From Bigelowiella natans CCMP2755 (lineage: Eukaryota > Protista > Cercozoa): a stretch of DNA of 64,000 nucleotides. This document shows, one piece after another, positions 1 to 13,379 of the stretch. Position numbers and translations under genes: made by a program. Location of the stretch: contig ADNK01003366.1 of assembly GCA_000320545.1 (NCBI GenBank), positions 52,740 through 116,739 of the forward strand. Reading direction: 5' to 3'. The notes below the pieces were generated by a model. It had not been told where the DNA came from, ran no database searches, and saw nothing but the letters and a program-made list of their open reading frames with translations. The number at the start of each line of letters is the position of its first letter. Position 1 is the stretch's first letter.

Positions 1-315
1 CCATCATGGGTTATCGAGCTTTTCATGCCTTAAAAGTCTTCCGACTCCACCGTCCTTCCGATACCTGTGCTGCTCATCATCATAATTATCAGAGATCCTC
101 AGGAGATCAATCAATCGATTGGCATTTGGTTCATTGTTTTCAGAGAATCTCAGGAGATCATCAATCAATCAATCGATCAATCACTGCTGCTCCTGCTGTG
201 GGTTCCGATACCAGAAGCGTGTGGGTTCCGAATGTGCAGAGGATCATCATCCGAGCATGGATCGATTTCATGATCATCGACGTGCCTGACCAGGTCAAGC
301 GACTCTCATTGTTAT

Positions 316-378
<63 letters not shown>

Positions 379-647
379 ACACAAGAATCTAATCACCAGT
401 CTTTGGTCGTCAATGTGTTGTGTGCACAATATGCATATTGCAGTAGCTTGGTTTGTTTAATCGATCTAATATACACACATATTTTAGACACCCCACACCA
501 TCGCATGTATACAGCTGAATGAGCTCGACAAAAAATATAACTACTAGCATCATGTCAGGTATAATATGAGCCGGAAATCTGGTAATGAGTCATCATCGAC
601 AGTATATGCTCCTGCTGCTCCTCCTGCTCCTACCGTCTGCTGCCAAG

Positions 648-679
<32 letters not shown>

Positions 680-738
680 ATGATGTTGCTACTCCTGCTC
701 TTTCCTGCAGTATATATCATGTAAACCAGCTTCTTCTT

Positions 739-772
<34 letters not shown>

Positions 773-1002
773 GATATTTTCACTTGTATTTTCTTTTACA
801 TTGTTGCAATCACACATACAGTAGTAGTAGTAGTAGCAGCAGTAGTAATAATCAGGATCCAACCGTGGTGGTGGTGGTGGTGGTGGTGGTGTGGATAGTA
901 GCAGTAGTAGTAGCGGTAATAATCAGGATCCAACCGTGGTGGTGTGGGTTGTAAACAAGGCGAAGGAAGAGGAAAAGAAGAAGAGGTGGAGGAGGAGCAT
1001 TA

Positions 1003-2221
1003 ATGAAAAGAAGACGTACGTTCTTGCTACTGAAAGATAATACGACTTTGGTATTGAGGACTAATCTTACAAGGATTGGTTCTAAGGAGGCGGCAAGAAG
1101 TATTATATGCCGCTACTGCTGTCTTGTTCTCGCCATCATCGTTGTGATAATTGGTGCTAGTAGTAGCACAAATGCTGCAACAACAGGTGGATGCATATGG
1201 TGGTGGAAGTCGTCATCACCGTCGTCTACTACTACTGTTGTTCTTGGGAGCAGCAGCGGTAGTATGCCCGCTGGTGGTACTACTACTAGTAGTAGACGTC
1301 AAGGGATTATACCTCCCATGGACCATGCTTCCAAAGCTGATAGAGATGCGGCTCGTACACTTTATGATGATATTCAAACAGTCCTCAAAGATGGAGGAGT
1401 TCCTGAATCATCAAAGGAGCGATGGGCTGTAATTGATACGACCAATGTCAAACGATATACAAAGTATAAATCCCTGTACAACCCTGGCTTTGAGCTTGAT
1501 TCCTTCCAAAAACGTGCTGTGAGGAGGGTTCTCGACAGAAACACAGTAAATCTATCGATGAATGTGAATTAATTATGTGATGATGATGACAAGGATGTAT
1601 GATTATGATTATGATGATGATAATCATGATGATAGGAATAATTAATACAATGGCTGCTGCTACATCATTTTTCAGGTTATGGGTTGCGCTCCTACCGCGA
1701 CAGGAAAAACTATGATAGCAATATATGCTGTGGCGAACGCTTTGAGACTGAAAAAACGGTTGATATGGACAAATCCTATTAAAGCGCTATCGAATCAGGC
1801 ATTTAGCAATCTTAGGAAACGGTTTGAGGAGGAGGAGGAGGATACTACTTATCATCCGACTACCAATGCAGCTCTTAAAAATAATATCATCGACCAAGAA
1901 CAGGGGAATGGAGGAGGAGAGGGTAGCAGCACAAACAATGGTGCCTCTTCTTCTTCTTCTTTTTTGATACGAGAGACAGAACAAGGGTTCAATGACACTG
2001 ATTTGTCGTATTTCGACTACAAAAACGAGAAAATGGTAAAACAACTTAAGTACAGATTGAAGCAACAGCTCAGAAAGAGACGGCAAATACAAGAAAGACA
2101 CGAAGACGATAATAATGGCGATGATGATGATGATGGCCAAATTGATGATAATGATAATGATCATGGTGATGATGATAAGGTAATCGTCGGCAACAATCAC
2201 ACAACCACCACCATCGTCATT

Positions 2222-2258
<37 letters not shown>

Positions 2259-2310
2259 CGACCATCATCCTCATAACAATCACACGACCACCACCACCAC
2301 CACACCATCG

Positions 2311-2346
<36 letters not shown>

Positions 2347-3281
2347 CCATCTCATCATTATAGTTGATACCTTGCGACTTAAGCTTGTTTGTCTATTTTT
2401 TAATGATAATAAAACTTTGTAGCAGTTGTTATCCTCCTCTTCTTCCTCCTCATCGGCACCTAAAATCGGAATTCTGACTGGTGACGTGAAGAAGCATGCT
2501 GACGCACCAGTAGTCGTTATGACAACGGAAATCCTACACTCAATGTGCTTGAACTCTTCGTCTTCTAATAAACTGGATGATGTCGCCTATGTGGTGTTTG
2601 ATGAAGCACATTATATAAATGATGTTGATAGAGGTTGGGTGTACGAGCAGCTGGTGGAAATGTTACCAAGTCATATTTCCTTGATTTTCTTATCCGCCAC
2701 ATTGAAAAACGATATAGAGCTGGCAAATTGGGTAGGACGTACAAGAGGACAAAAAGTATATGTTTGTCGTGTTAAAGAGCGACCAATCCCTTTAGCCTAC
2801 TCCGTTTACACTGGTTCTCGAGTGCATCGAAATCTGGGCAATCTCATGAGAAAAGCCGACAAATCCATACGAAAGAGTCAGGGAGTCAGGCGACCAAGTC
2901 CAAATGATATTGTTTACAGAGTCAATCAACTCCTTCTCCACGATATAGCTACTACTACTAGTACTACGAATACTGCATCTCCTTCTACTAAATCTTCTTC
3001 TTCGACAGTAGTAGCTGCTGCTTCTTTGACGACAGTAGTAGTAGAAGGGGAGGGGGGTGCTAATTCTAGTAGTAGTAACAAGAAGAATAATAGCTCTACA
3101 AGTAATGATCATCATCATCATAATACTACTGACAAGGAAGTAGCATTAAATCCTTCTTCGCCAACAGCATCATCAGCACCCGCAGTAGGAGCAGGAGCAG
3201 CACCAGAAAACTGCTATGACGATGAAGATGATTTCATCGTTCAAGTATATGATTCAAAGTCGAAAAAGGTGGGTGCACACA

Positions 3282-3335
<54 letters not shown>

Positions 3336-4897
3336 AAAACAAGTAGGTCTCATGGAATTATAAATAGCCGCCCTCATGATTGTGCTCTACCACTTCGCTG
3401 TGGTACCTGCCCCCCTCCTTCCTCCCTTCCCTGTTATTCCATCACTGTAAGGTTTCAATGGGTAATATTAATGCCCTCCTTGCTCATTTTGATTTCGAGA
3501 ATTACAAGGTAGTCAGTGGTACTTCGAAATGTGATGATGCATGCTGTCACCTAGTAGTAGTAGTAGTAGTAGTAGAAGGGGAAGGATATCTTAAGAATTA
3601 GGAACTTATTAGCAAGAAACAGAGAGAACAAGAGAGAGAGGTATATAGTAATAATAATAATAACAATGATAATATACGGAGGGAAGAGAAGAGAGACGAG
3701 GAAGAAGAGGAGAAGAAGAAAAATATTTTCGGGTTATATCACCATAATAATCGTTAAATGACGTGCAACAAACATTATAACTTACAGAAAATCGCTGGTA
3801 GCAGTCAAGGATCAGTGCCGACATCATCATCATCATCATCATCATCATCAGTAGCAGCAGCAGCATTATCTACAGATAATCAGTCGGAGAACGAAATCAA
3901 ACTCAAAACAATTCGGTAGCAAGTAGTAGGGTTGCTGTTATTATTACTGCCGCATTAGTAGTATGTGTTGTTATCATCATTCGTGTGTGTGTTCTTTTGA
4001 GAGGATATAGTATGTGAATGCTAATAATAATAATAATAATACCCTCCTCCTCCTCCCCCTCATCATCATCATCATTGATGCAATAATACCTACTCTCTAC
4101 AGAGTTGTTGTTGTTGTTGTTCATGATTGTAATGTGTAGATGATGGGGGTGGTTAAAAAGAAGACTAAGTCTATCTGTTTACCAAATTCTCAATAATGCT
4201 TTTATTGTTTGCCACTTAGGATGATAAATATATTGAATGAGCAAGGTGGTGTGTGTTGTCACATTCTTTCTTTATGATTAACATTAAATCAGTAACACAC
4301 AACAATCCCTATCAACGTTCATTGATTCAAATTCTATAGCAGTGTGATTAATTCATTTGCTTTGCATTGTCTTGATCTCGTACTTTTCGAGGGGTAAGGC
4401 TGGGAGAAGTAGTAGTAGTAGTAGTAGTAGTAGTTGAGGTCTTTGTTTCTTCCTCCCTTTTTTCTTTCTCTATCTCCACAACAAAAGGAAAACTTCCTGC
4501 CATAATGTTTATTTTAAGCCGAGCTAGAATTTTAGAGGTACTACCCACTAATAGGCCTAGAAATGATAAGAATTAATATACTGTCCTTATAAAGATGATA
4601 ATAGAGAGATAATTTGTCATCATTCCACCTACTCATCATCATCAGTATGCAAAGTTTCTGCTACAAGATCAGGAATTAGATCTTATCCCACATAAAGAAG
4701 ACAAAAATAAGGTTTTCATCGAGTTTCAGGTGTACTACTAGTAGTAGCAGTAAGAAGAAGAAGAAGAAAGAAGAACACGCAGTAGTTGTGATACTTCTAG
4801 TCGAGCAAACAAGAGGGGGGGGAAGGAGGGACAACAGCAAGAGCATACGTTGTTATTCTTCTTAGACTCGATGACCACCTTATATTTGCTGTTGATG

Positions 4898-4929
<32 letters not shown>

Positions 4930-5317
4930 CACACACAGAGCAGGGTATAGATTGTTCGATTGTTGTGAACATATAGTACGTAGCTATTGTTAAATATCTC
5001 ATCATCATCATCATCACTTGCTGTTGCATATCGTACTAGTAGTATCAATATCTCATCATCATCATCACTTGCTGTTGCATATATCGTACTAGTAGTATCA
5101 ATATAGTCTATTTTTTGTTTGATTACGATTCTACTATTATCACTTGCAGACCGCCTTGTGTCGTATACCTACTACTTCTACTTCTTCTACTGCTACTACC
5201 GCACTTGATGAGCATAAAGAACAAGAAAAGGAGGACCAGGCGAAGCAGCGACGAAATAGTGGAGATGATGATGATGATGGTGATGATGATGAAATCGAAG
5301 ATCTGAAATCTGTGAGC

Positions 5318-5352
<35 letters not shown>

Positions 5353-5450
5353 GACGAATGATATCAACAAAATTTTAGCAGCCTCTCCTCCTAATCCTCC
5401 TCCTAATCCTCCTCCTAATCCTCCTCCTCCTATGTAGCAGTAGCAGCGGC

Positions 5451-5482
<32 letters not shown>

Positions 5483-7146
5483 AAGAAGTAGTTGAATATT
5501 TCTGCACGTACTGATGGTGATGGTGCAAGAATTTAGATTGTTGTGACCTACTCATTCCATGGTGATTAGAAATAATAATATACATCCAACAACTAACTGC
5601 TGCAGCATACATCTCTGAATTACTTATGATGATGAGCCATACTCATCAAACTCATTAAATAACTAGTAATGAATTATAATCATAATAATGAAGGTACAAC
5701 TGTGCAGAGATTTAGCACTCAAAGGTATTGGAATGCATCATTCTGGACTCATTGCACCGGTATTTCAACTACTACTAGTACTATTACTACTAGTACTACT
5801 ACTACTACTACTACTACTACTATTCTGTTGACAACACCACATACACTGTTCAAATAAAATGTGTAATCATTTCATCGGAGAAAACGACAACAACAACAAC
5901 AACAACAACAACATATAGAGGAGAAAGATATAATGACTTCCTACAGCCAATATGTGGTGCTCCTTTCTTCTCTTTTAAATACTAACAGTATTCACAATCT
6001 CTTCTTCTTCCTAACAATCATTATCCATATTTTATCACCATCATCATCATCATCATCATCATCATTGCTTGCCTATGTTCTATAGAAGAACCGATGATGA
6101 GTATTCCATGGTGCATCATCCGCAGTGAAGTGATCTCATTGTAGATTAATACTAATTACAGATAAAGGAGATCTATGAACGCCTGATGCAGCATCGTCCT
6201 CCTCTTATCAAAGTAATAATAATGATAATAATAATGATAATAATGATGATAGGTAGTGATAATAATAAGCATTAAAGATGAAACTTGGTCGTTCGTTCTT
6301 GCCATATTCTATCATCTACACATATCATCCACCAGCAAGCAGCTGCTCTACTATCACTGATAACTCTGATTTTTTTCACTTCCTCTTAACTGGTAATCCT
6401 CCGTTTGGCAACTTCCTTTTACTTCTGCTACCTATAACTACTACTACTAATACTACTGCTACTATTTACTATTATTAATATTATTATTATTATTATTATT
6501 ATTACAATTACATTATCATCGTGGTCCTTCTCCTCCATCTCCTCCTCCTCCTCCTGCTGCTGCTACTACTACAGGTATTATTGGCCACAGAAACAGTAGC
6601 CTGTGGGGTTGATACGCCTACGAAAACGGTGAGCTTGATCCAAATATATGATCAAATAATGTTGGAGACAGCGGCACTTCTTCGAGTTTTCTTCTTCTTC
6701 TTCTTCTTCTTCTTCTTCTTCTTGATTTAGTTCGTGGGATGATCATATTATAAATATTTGACTTGATTCCTATTGAATATTGGTGATGTGTTATTTGGAA
6801 AAGGTTGTTTTTACTGATGTTACAAAGCACGATGGAACTGAGCGACGTCTTCTTCATGGTAAGGAAGATCATGCTGCTGCTGATGATGATGATTGCTTCT
6901 CCCAACAGCAACTAAATAATAGAGAACAACCTCACTACATACATAACATACATACACACACACACATATGATGATGATGATGATGATGATGATGATACTA
7001 CCATAAGCGTAATCAATCATTATCATCAGCAGCAGGATTATCATTATCTTAGATACCAATACTCACAGACATTACTACTTACTACTCAGGAACCGAAGTG
7101 CTACAGATGGCCGGCAGGGCAGGGCGAAGAGGTGATTAGTAACGTG

Positions 7147-7192
<46 letters not shown>

Positions 7193-7684
7193 ATAAATTG
7201 ACCCATACCAACATTGCTATCAGGATACGATAAGATAGGACATGTGCTTTTCCCTGCTTTCAGCACACCAAAAGTAGTAGTAGTAATTGTTGTTGTTGTA
7301 GTATCTAGTTTTGTTCCGAGAAAAACCTCTTTATAATACAGTTGTCGTTAACGATGATGTTGATAATATATCCCAGTAAGAGAGTAGTCTGTTGTACTTG
7401 CTGCAGTCCAGCAAATTTCTCATGATGACCGATAATGATTGTGATTATGATGATGATTCTAAGGAATGTGATGGTGTTGCCCATCCTTACACGCAGTCAT
7501 CATTATGAATTCTTCTTCTTTATACACAGTAGTAGTTATTATCATGAATTCCTCTTCTTTATACACAGTAGTAGTTATTATCATGAATTCTTGTCCTTAA
7601 TTTTCTGCTAGCTGCACGATGTTATGAACGTTATCCAAAAGCCTTCTGAGCCAATAAAAAGCAGGTACTAATCGACTTAAGATG

Positions 7685-7727
<43 letters not shown>

Positions 7728-8588
7728 ATACGAGTACCAACCCAGGTTGGATATCATCTTGAAGAGGATTACTTACTTACTGCTGCTTACAATTTTTTTC
7801 TAGCTGTATCGTATTCGTATTATATGAAGCTGTGTTTCTTTCGAGGGATAGGAAGATACGAAATGATAATGATAATGATGATGGGAATGGATCATTAGTT
7901 GTAGAAGTGAAGATGTGTTTGAGGACTTGTAATTATAATTGAGATTTCTTTGCTGCTATAACTAATAACACCACTTGTAAAACGACATTTATATACTACT
8001 AAAAATACTACTACTACTACATCTACATCTACATCTAAATGATAGGTTTAAATTAAGAGACCAATTGGTATTGAGCCTTCTCATGCAAAAAGAGTCATCG
8101 ACAACGCCAACAACTAGTATGACAGCGTCTGCAGCATCTCTTACCATAGAAGATCTTCTAAGAAGGTTTATTATTTAGAGGAAGAGGAGGAGGAGGAGGA
8201 GGAGGATTATATAAATTATCACCTAGCTAAATACGAAGAAGAAGATTAGTGGGTGCATTTTGATCATTTCACTAATTTTATTATTTAATTATTTTATATT
8301 TATCACCCTGATGAAGACTACATGATGTATGTATGTAGTTAGGGAGCATGTATTGGCACATTATGCTCGACGATGACACAATCATCATCAATATCATCAA
8401 TCTCCATTAATTGATCATCATGATCTTCAAAACCTCATTTATCATCATCAGATCACTTTGTGAAGGTCCGAAGGCTCACATGTGGGATCTCATTACGAGG
8501 ATCAAAGAACATATAAATAGCACAAATGTATATAAGTTATATACAAACACGCACAACTCACACACACCCACACAAATATATTGATATA

Positions 8589-8638
<50 letters not shown>

Positions 8639-11600
8639 ATATGTACGACGACTCAAATGCATGCATGTATGTACTATCGCCTTCAGCTTCTTTTTTCACC
8701 ACGTCTGCTTCCTTCTTTGGCAAGCAAAGAGAAGGAGGAGAAGAATGAAGAGGAGGAGAGGAAGTGAATAAAGAAAGAGACATCTGATTAGTTAGTCATC
8801 GTTTTCGTGCATCACCATCATCATCAACTTCTTCTTCCCTTACCTTCCTGCAGCCTATCGATGGGTTGCTTGCAAAGGCAGTGGAATATAGAGAGAGGAT
8901 AAAGGATATAAATCAGAAGATATCATCGCAACTTTGGTAGTGACTACGTGAACAATTTACGAGCAAGTAGAAAATAATGGTGATTTAAGTCTATCCCATC
9001 CATCTTAAATAAATTAAGCAGGTTTAACAAATGTACATTTGCACTCACGCACACATGCGTAATACAATACGCACTCACATACACAGGAAAAAATATACAC
9101 ATTTATTCTTATCTACATATTTATACATATATCTCTTCATATACACTTGTGTGTGTGTGTGTGTGTGTTGTGGGTGTGTTACTATCATGTAATTGCTACC
9201 TCCTTCTTCAATAATAAATACTACCACTACAATTCCAGGCAGCAAATTCGTCCAAAGCTTAAAGTTAACGATAGGCTATGGTGGGATATAATACTATTTA
9301 CTGAGTCGCTGATGATATTGATGATGATGATGATGATGGTCCAATGTGGTTTATCATCATCATACTATTGTATTTTTATTAATAGCATAGGCATCTTATT
9401 TTAGCATTTAAAGTGGGGACTTTACCAACCAAACAAAAATCCTAAACTATTTATCAAAAATCTTAACTATCATTCATCAAAAACATCGCAAGTAAGGGAC
9501 ATATACTTCTCCACATTCCACTAATTATTCAGTAGTTCGACAGTATTTTTATTTGTAACAGGAGGAGGAAGAAGAGGAGGATAGACGAATTAATGTGTTG
9601 TAGATCATGGATCCTGTTTCACCTACCTCAAAAGAATAATCGATATCATCTATTTGTTATAGGTATCTTCCAGACCTTGAACAGCAAGAGGATTCTCATA
9701 ACGCCATCGAAAAAGACGATGATAATGCTTTTGTTGAAAAGCAAAGAGGAGAAGAGGAATCTGCTGCCTTTACTACTAGCCATCACAGCATTGGCAAGCT
9801 TCGTACACCAGTAATACAAGGACGACAAAGAAAGAAGCCAAATCGCACAGCTTTAGAAGCTGCAACAACTACATATGTATCAGGTTGAATGAAATAATGA
9901 TCAGACAATATCAATATTTTTTTCCGAAGAAGGAAAAGAACTTATTATGAATCTCTCTTCACATAAATATTTCGTAAGAATATTATTATGTTAAATATTT
10001 TGTAGTTATAGATCTGCAAGACACATACATGTAATCTCAAATATCACCCTAGATCTCTCATTTGTTCACTACACACAGACACACACACACAGAGGGAGAG
10101 AGAGAGAGAGAGAGCAAGAGAGAGAAGACTAGCTATTTTCAAAACACATTTTCAATCTTGTTTTTAATTTGTGTAATGAATATTAATATTTGTGTACGAT
10201 GCGCACGTATAATTGATAATACGGTAGCGGAGAAGATTTTACTTCCAAGAGAAGCTGTAATTGCTGCTATTCCTGGTATGCAACAAAAGTGTGGTAGAAT
10301 ATGGGTCAAGGTAACATCTATAAAATAATTATACGTTCAACTGCTGATTACTAATCCATCCTATTTTGGGAGCAATGCCCGCTTCTTGCGGTAGTAGCGG
10401 CTATCATCTAAACTTGACCAGATAGACTAATATCTCATTATCAAAACCATCAAAACTATACATTGATTATGATAGATCTGATCATTGTTTTATCATCATA
10501 GAAATCAATAATGATAAAATAGTAATTGATTAATAATTTAAATAACGCTCCTTGCTCCAAAAGGTGAAGGATGTCGCTTCCAGAACAAAAAATGATAATG
10601 ATAGAAGCAGCAGCAGTATCAGTAAAGATAGGGAAAAGAATGGAGATGGTGATGACGATGTAGTATCATCGTCTTCATTATCACCTTCTTCAAATGTGGC
10701 AGCAGCAGCGCTACTACCCCAGGAATACCAGTCAAGATACATTCATCATGATAGAATCGTCAGAATCCTAAATGGGGCGGGTTGCGAAGTAAAGAGCAAG
10801 TAATAATTTATAATAGCATTCTGTATGTAGCTAGATTTATCTTTCTAACTATTTCTCTTATTCTCTTCACGTCTCGATTACAGGCAGCAGCACACTTGTC
10901 ATTGTATGAAGAAAATATTTATGCAATAGCTGGCATATTCTACTGGCTAGGGCACTTTCTATCTTTGAGATGAATTCTCTCGTTAGACTTTACAACATTC
11001 ATTTATTCACTCAATATGTGCTTCCCAATTAGCAAATTAAAATTGGAAGTACTAGTTTTGATCCAAGAAAGAAAGGTGGTGTCAGTTCCACGATAATACA
11101 TTGCATATCTATAAATTCATTCTTTCTTCCATGACATGGCATACCTGTGTGTAAGTTACGACATTATCTGTGTCCTCAACTAGGTGCTAACCGACATGCT
11201 GATGGATTTGAAATCAAAATTTCAAAATGCAGCGACCATGACGACGAAAATGGGTATATTTTAATTTTTACTTACAACAGAAATAATCTTGGTTTTCATG
11301 ATATCACTTCACTTGAGTTTCCTCTTCTCTTTCCTCACACTTCAGCTCGAACAATCGACTTAATGCGATGTGAGGACAGTTATTTCTTGTCAACCATATT
11401 GGATGAATTGAGGTGATACTACTCGTTACTATATTATGTAGTAGATGATAGAAGAAATTGATGATCCTAAATTGACCGGCTTAAGTAACGTAGATAATAC
11501 GCACCACCATCACAGTAGCAGAATCATTGCATGCTGCTCTGCAATAAATAAAAAATTTCTCTCAAAAAGTTGTGTTGTGTTTTAGTGTGTTATGTCATGC

Positions 11601-12718
11601 TTGTATTCTCCGGCGTATTAGATGAATTAGATGAAGGTTATAAATAGCGATCATTTTCAGGTATAGGCTTTCAGACCAAGCACTATATTTAATGCCGTTA
11701 TATGAGGAGAGGTTGATGACTCTTATGAGGTTAGGATTTGTAACGGAAGATAAAAAGGTATTCGTTGTTGCTGCATGTCATCTTGCAATGAATCATATAA
11801 ACATGTGCCTACATGATACTGCTCTGCTGCTATCTCTTTACCGACACAAGCAAGACAATGACGATGATTGTGACCCGTCTTGATCCATTACTTTTGTAGT
11901 AGGGTAGTAGTGGTAGCAAGTATGAAGTGCACTGAACTTAGCTCCTTTATCCGGGAGAAGAAATAAAATAGAGTACAAATAAATTTTAGGTTAGCGAAAT
12001 TGGCGTTTGTGCGGCTCAAATTATTGCCTGCGATTCTGTGGTAATTAGATATATGAAGTGATACATACTATACTATTCGAGAATGATGCTTGTAAATGGT
12101 AGGGTGGGTGGGAGTGTTATTGTTTGGTTATCCATCTTTGTTGTTCAGGGATGATTGATTGTAAGCTTTGCGATCGGTACTACTCTGAGTGTGTTTTCTG
12201 ATCATTTTTATGTTCGAACTCTCCCTTAATCAGGTGCTGTTGACGTGGCTAAACTCTGATCTGTATCCTCGAGATCCACTTTGTTTTGCTGCTGTCGCCT
12301 CAGCGCTGGTATATTAAATGTAAATAAAGATATACAATGATGATTATTTTTGGAGAAAATTATGATTGTGAGGATAGATCGTTAACATCAAAACCTAATC
12401 GAAATATAAAGAAAAAATGTGTAGTAATATTGGCAAAGTGTGTTTGGAAACATAAGTCATAGAATGTTCAAATATTACGCCGAAATGGAGAGGTTGTCCA
12501 GTGAGAGAAGGAATTTGAGACTCTATATTGTCCTGATTCCTAGATTCCTCATTGTACATAAAATAACCTGCAAGGTGTATCCAGGATGGAAGAAGCGTAT
12601 GTTGAATATAGAGATAAAGGGTGATGAGAAATGGGAAAGGAATGAGATTAAAAGTTCTTTGAAAGCCCTTCTGCAAATAAGTCACGGTAGAGAAAATATG
12701 TAGCTAAATGAATATGTC

Positions 12719-12753
<35 letters not shown>

Positions 12754-13176
12754 CCTTTCAGCCCATATTTTATGATGTTTGCATCCCCAAAGACAGTGAA
12801 TACAACTCTTTAGCATGATCGATTTCTGTGTCCTTTTCTTTCAATTGTTTTTGTTACCACCTTATACAATTCTGATGGTAATGTTAATGTAGACATCCGA
12901 GGAGGAGACGAAGAATACGTTCCAAATCCTCGTATGATCCCAGCAGTCTATATGTGGGCATCAGGAGAAAATTTCGGTGATGCAGCTACACTTTCCCCAG
13001 ATTTTGAGGGAAATTTTGTGCAAGTTTTGCAACGATTGTCCGAAGTTGTTAGGCAGCTACTTGATTGCATGCCATTGTTGAGTTCGAGGTTTCCTGACCT
13101 CACGGTGGTCTTAGAACAAGTTCAAGAAAAAATTAGGAGAGGTATTGTCGTGTATGAGTCGATATATCTTTCTTAA
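1003..13176 (+). CDS. Ski2/Mtr4-family DExH-box RNA helicase, multi-exon gene span
   Basis: Ordered SF2 motifs across GT-AG exons: FELDSFQKRA (Q-motif region, ~1490-1520), APTATGKT (motif I, exon 1676-2179), TNPIKALSNQ (Ia), GILTGD/VMTTEIL, VVFDEAHYIND.DRG (II), LSAT (III, exon 2426-3268), LPAIMFILSR (IV, ~4490-4540), GIGMHHSGL (~5720-5755), LLATETVACGVDTP (V, ~6575-6625), QMAGRAGRRG (VI, ~7100-7132), C-terminal DSHCT-like WASG..F...FEGNFV...RL.E...IRRGIVVYESIYL* (12934-13176). Start could be ATG 1003 or 1264. Confidence 0.93.
4994..5103. repeat. About 54-bp tandem duplication in a helicase intron
   Basis: atatctcatcatcatcatcacttgctgttgcata(ta)tcgtactagtagtatca x2; the copies differ only in microsatellite unit number. 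Confidence 0.9.
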
Positions 13177-13379
13177 AAACATGTGTGGTTACTAAACATG
13201 TGATGCAACGCTTTAGTCATGTCGATGTTTTCTTCGGATGTGAATCATGCAACGTCGATAGATAGAGTTTCAGTACAAAGTAAGTTGGAATTGTTAAATT
13301 GCAAAAAATGGTTGTGCAAGATGCACACGCTATGCAGCTATGTCGCAACAAGCAAACGGATCCTAGTCCCTACTGTTTC

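Noticed and set aside
1-300. Possible minus-strand exons at the window start
   Set aside because: Splice-like boundaries exist, but there is no recognisable protein motif and the frame is ambiguous.
2180-2422. Poly-Ile/poly-His tail of ORF 1679-2422 and the many poly-L/I/M/CV/YI ORFs in the track
   Set aside because: These are translations of intronic microsatellites; a GT-AG intron 2180-2425 restores the helicase frame.
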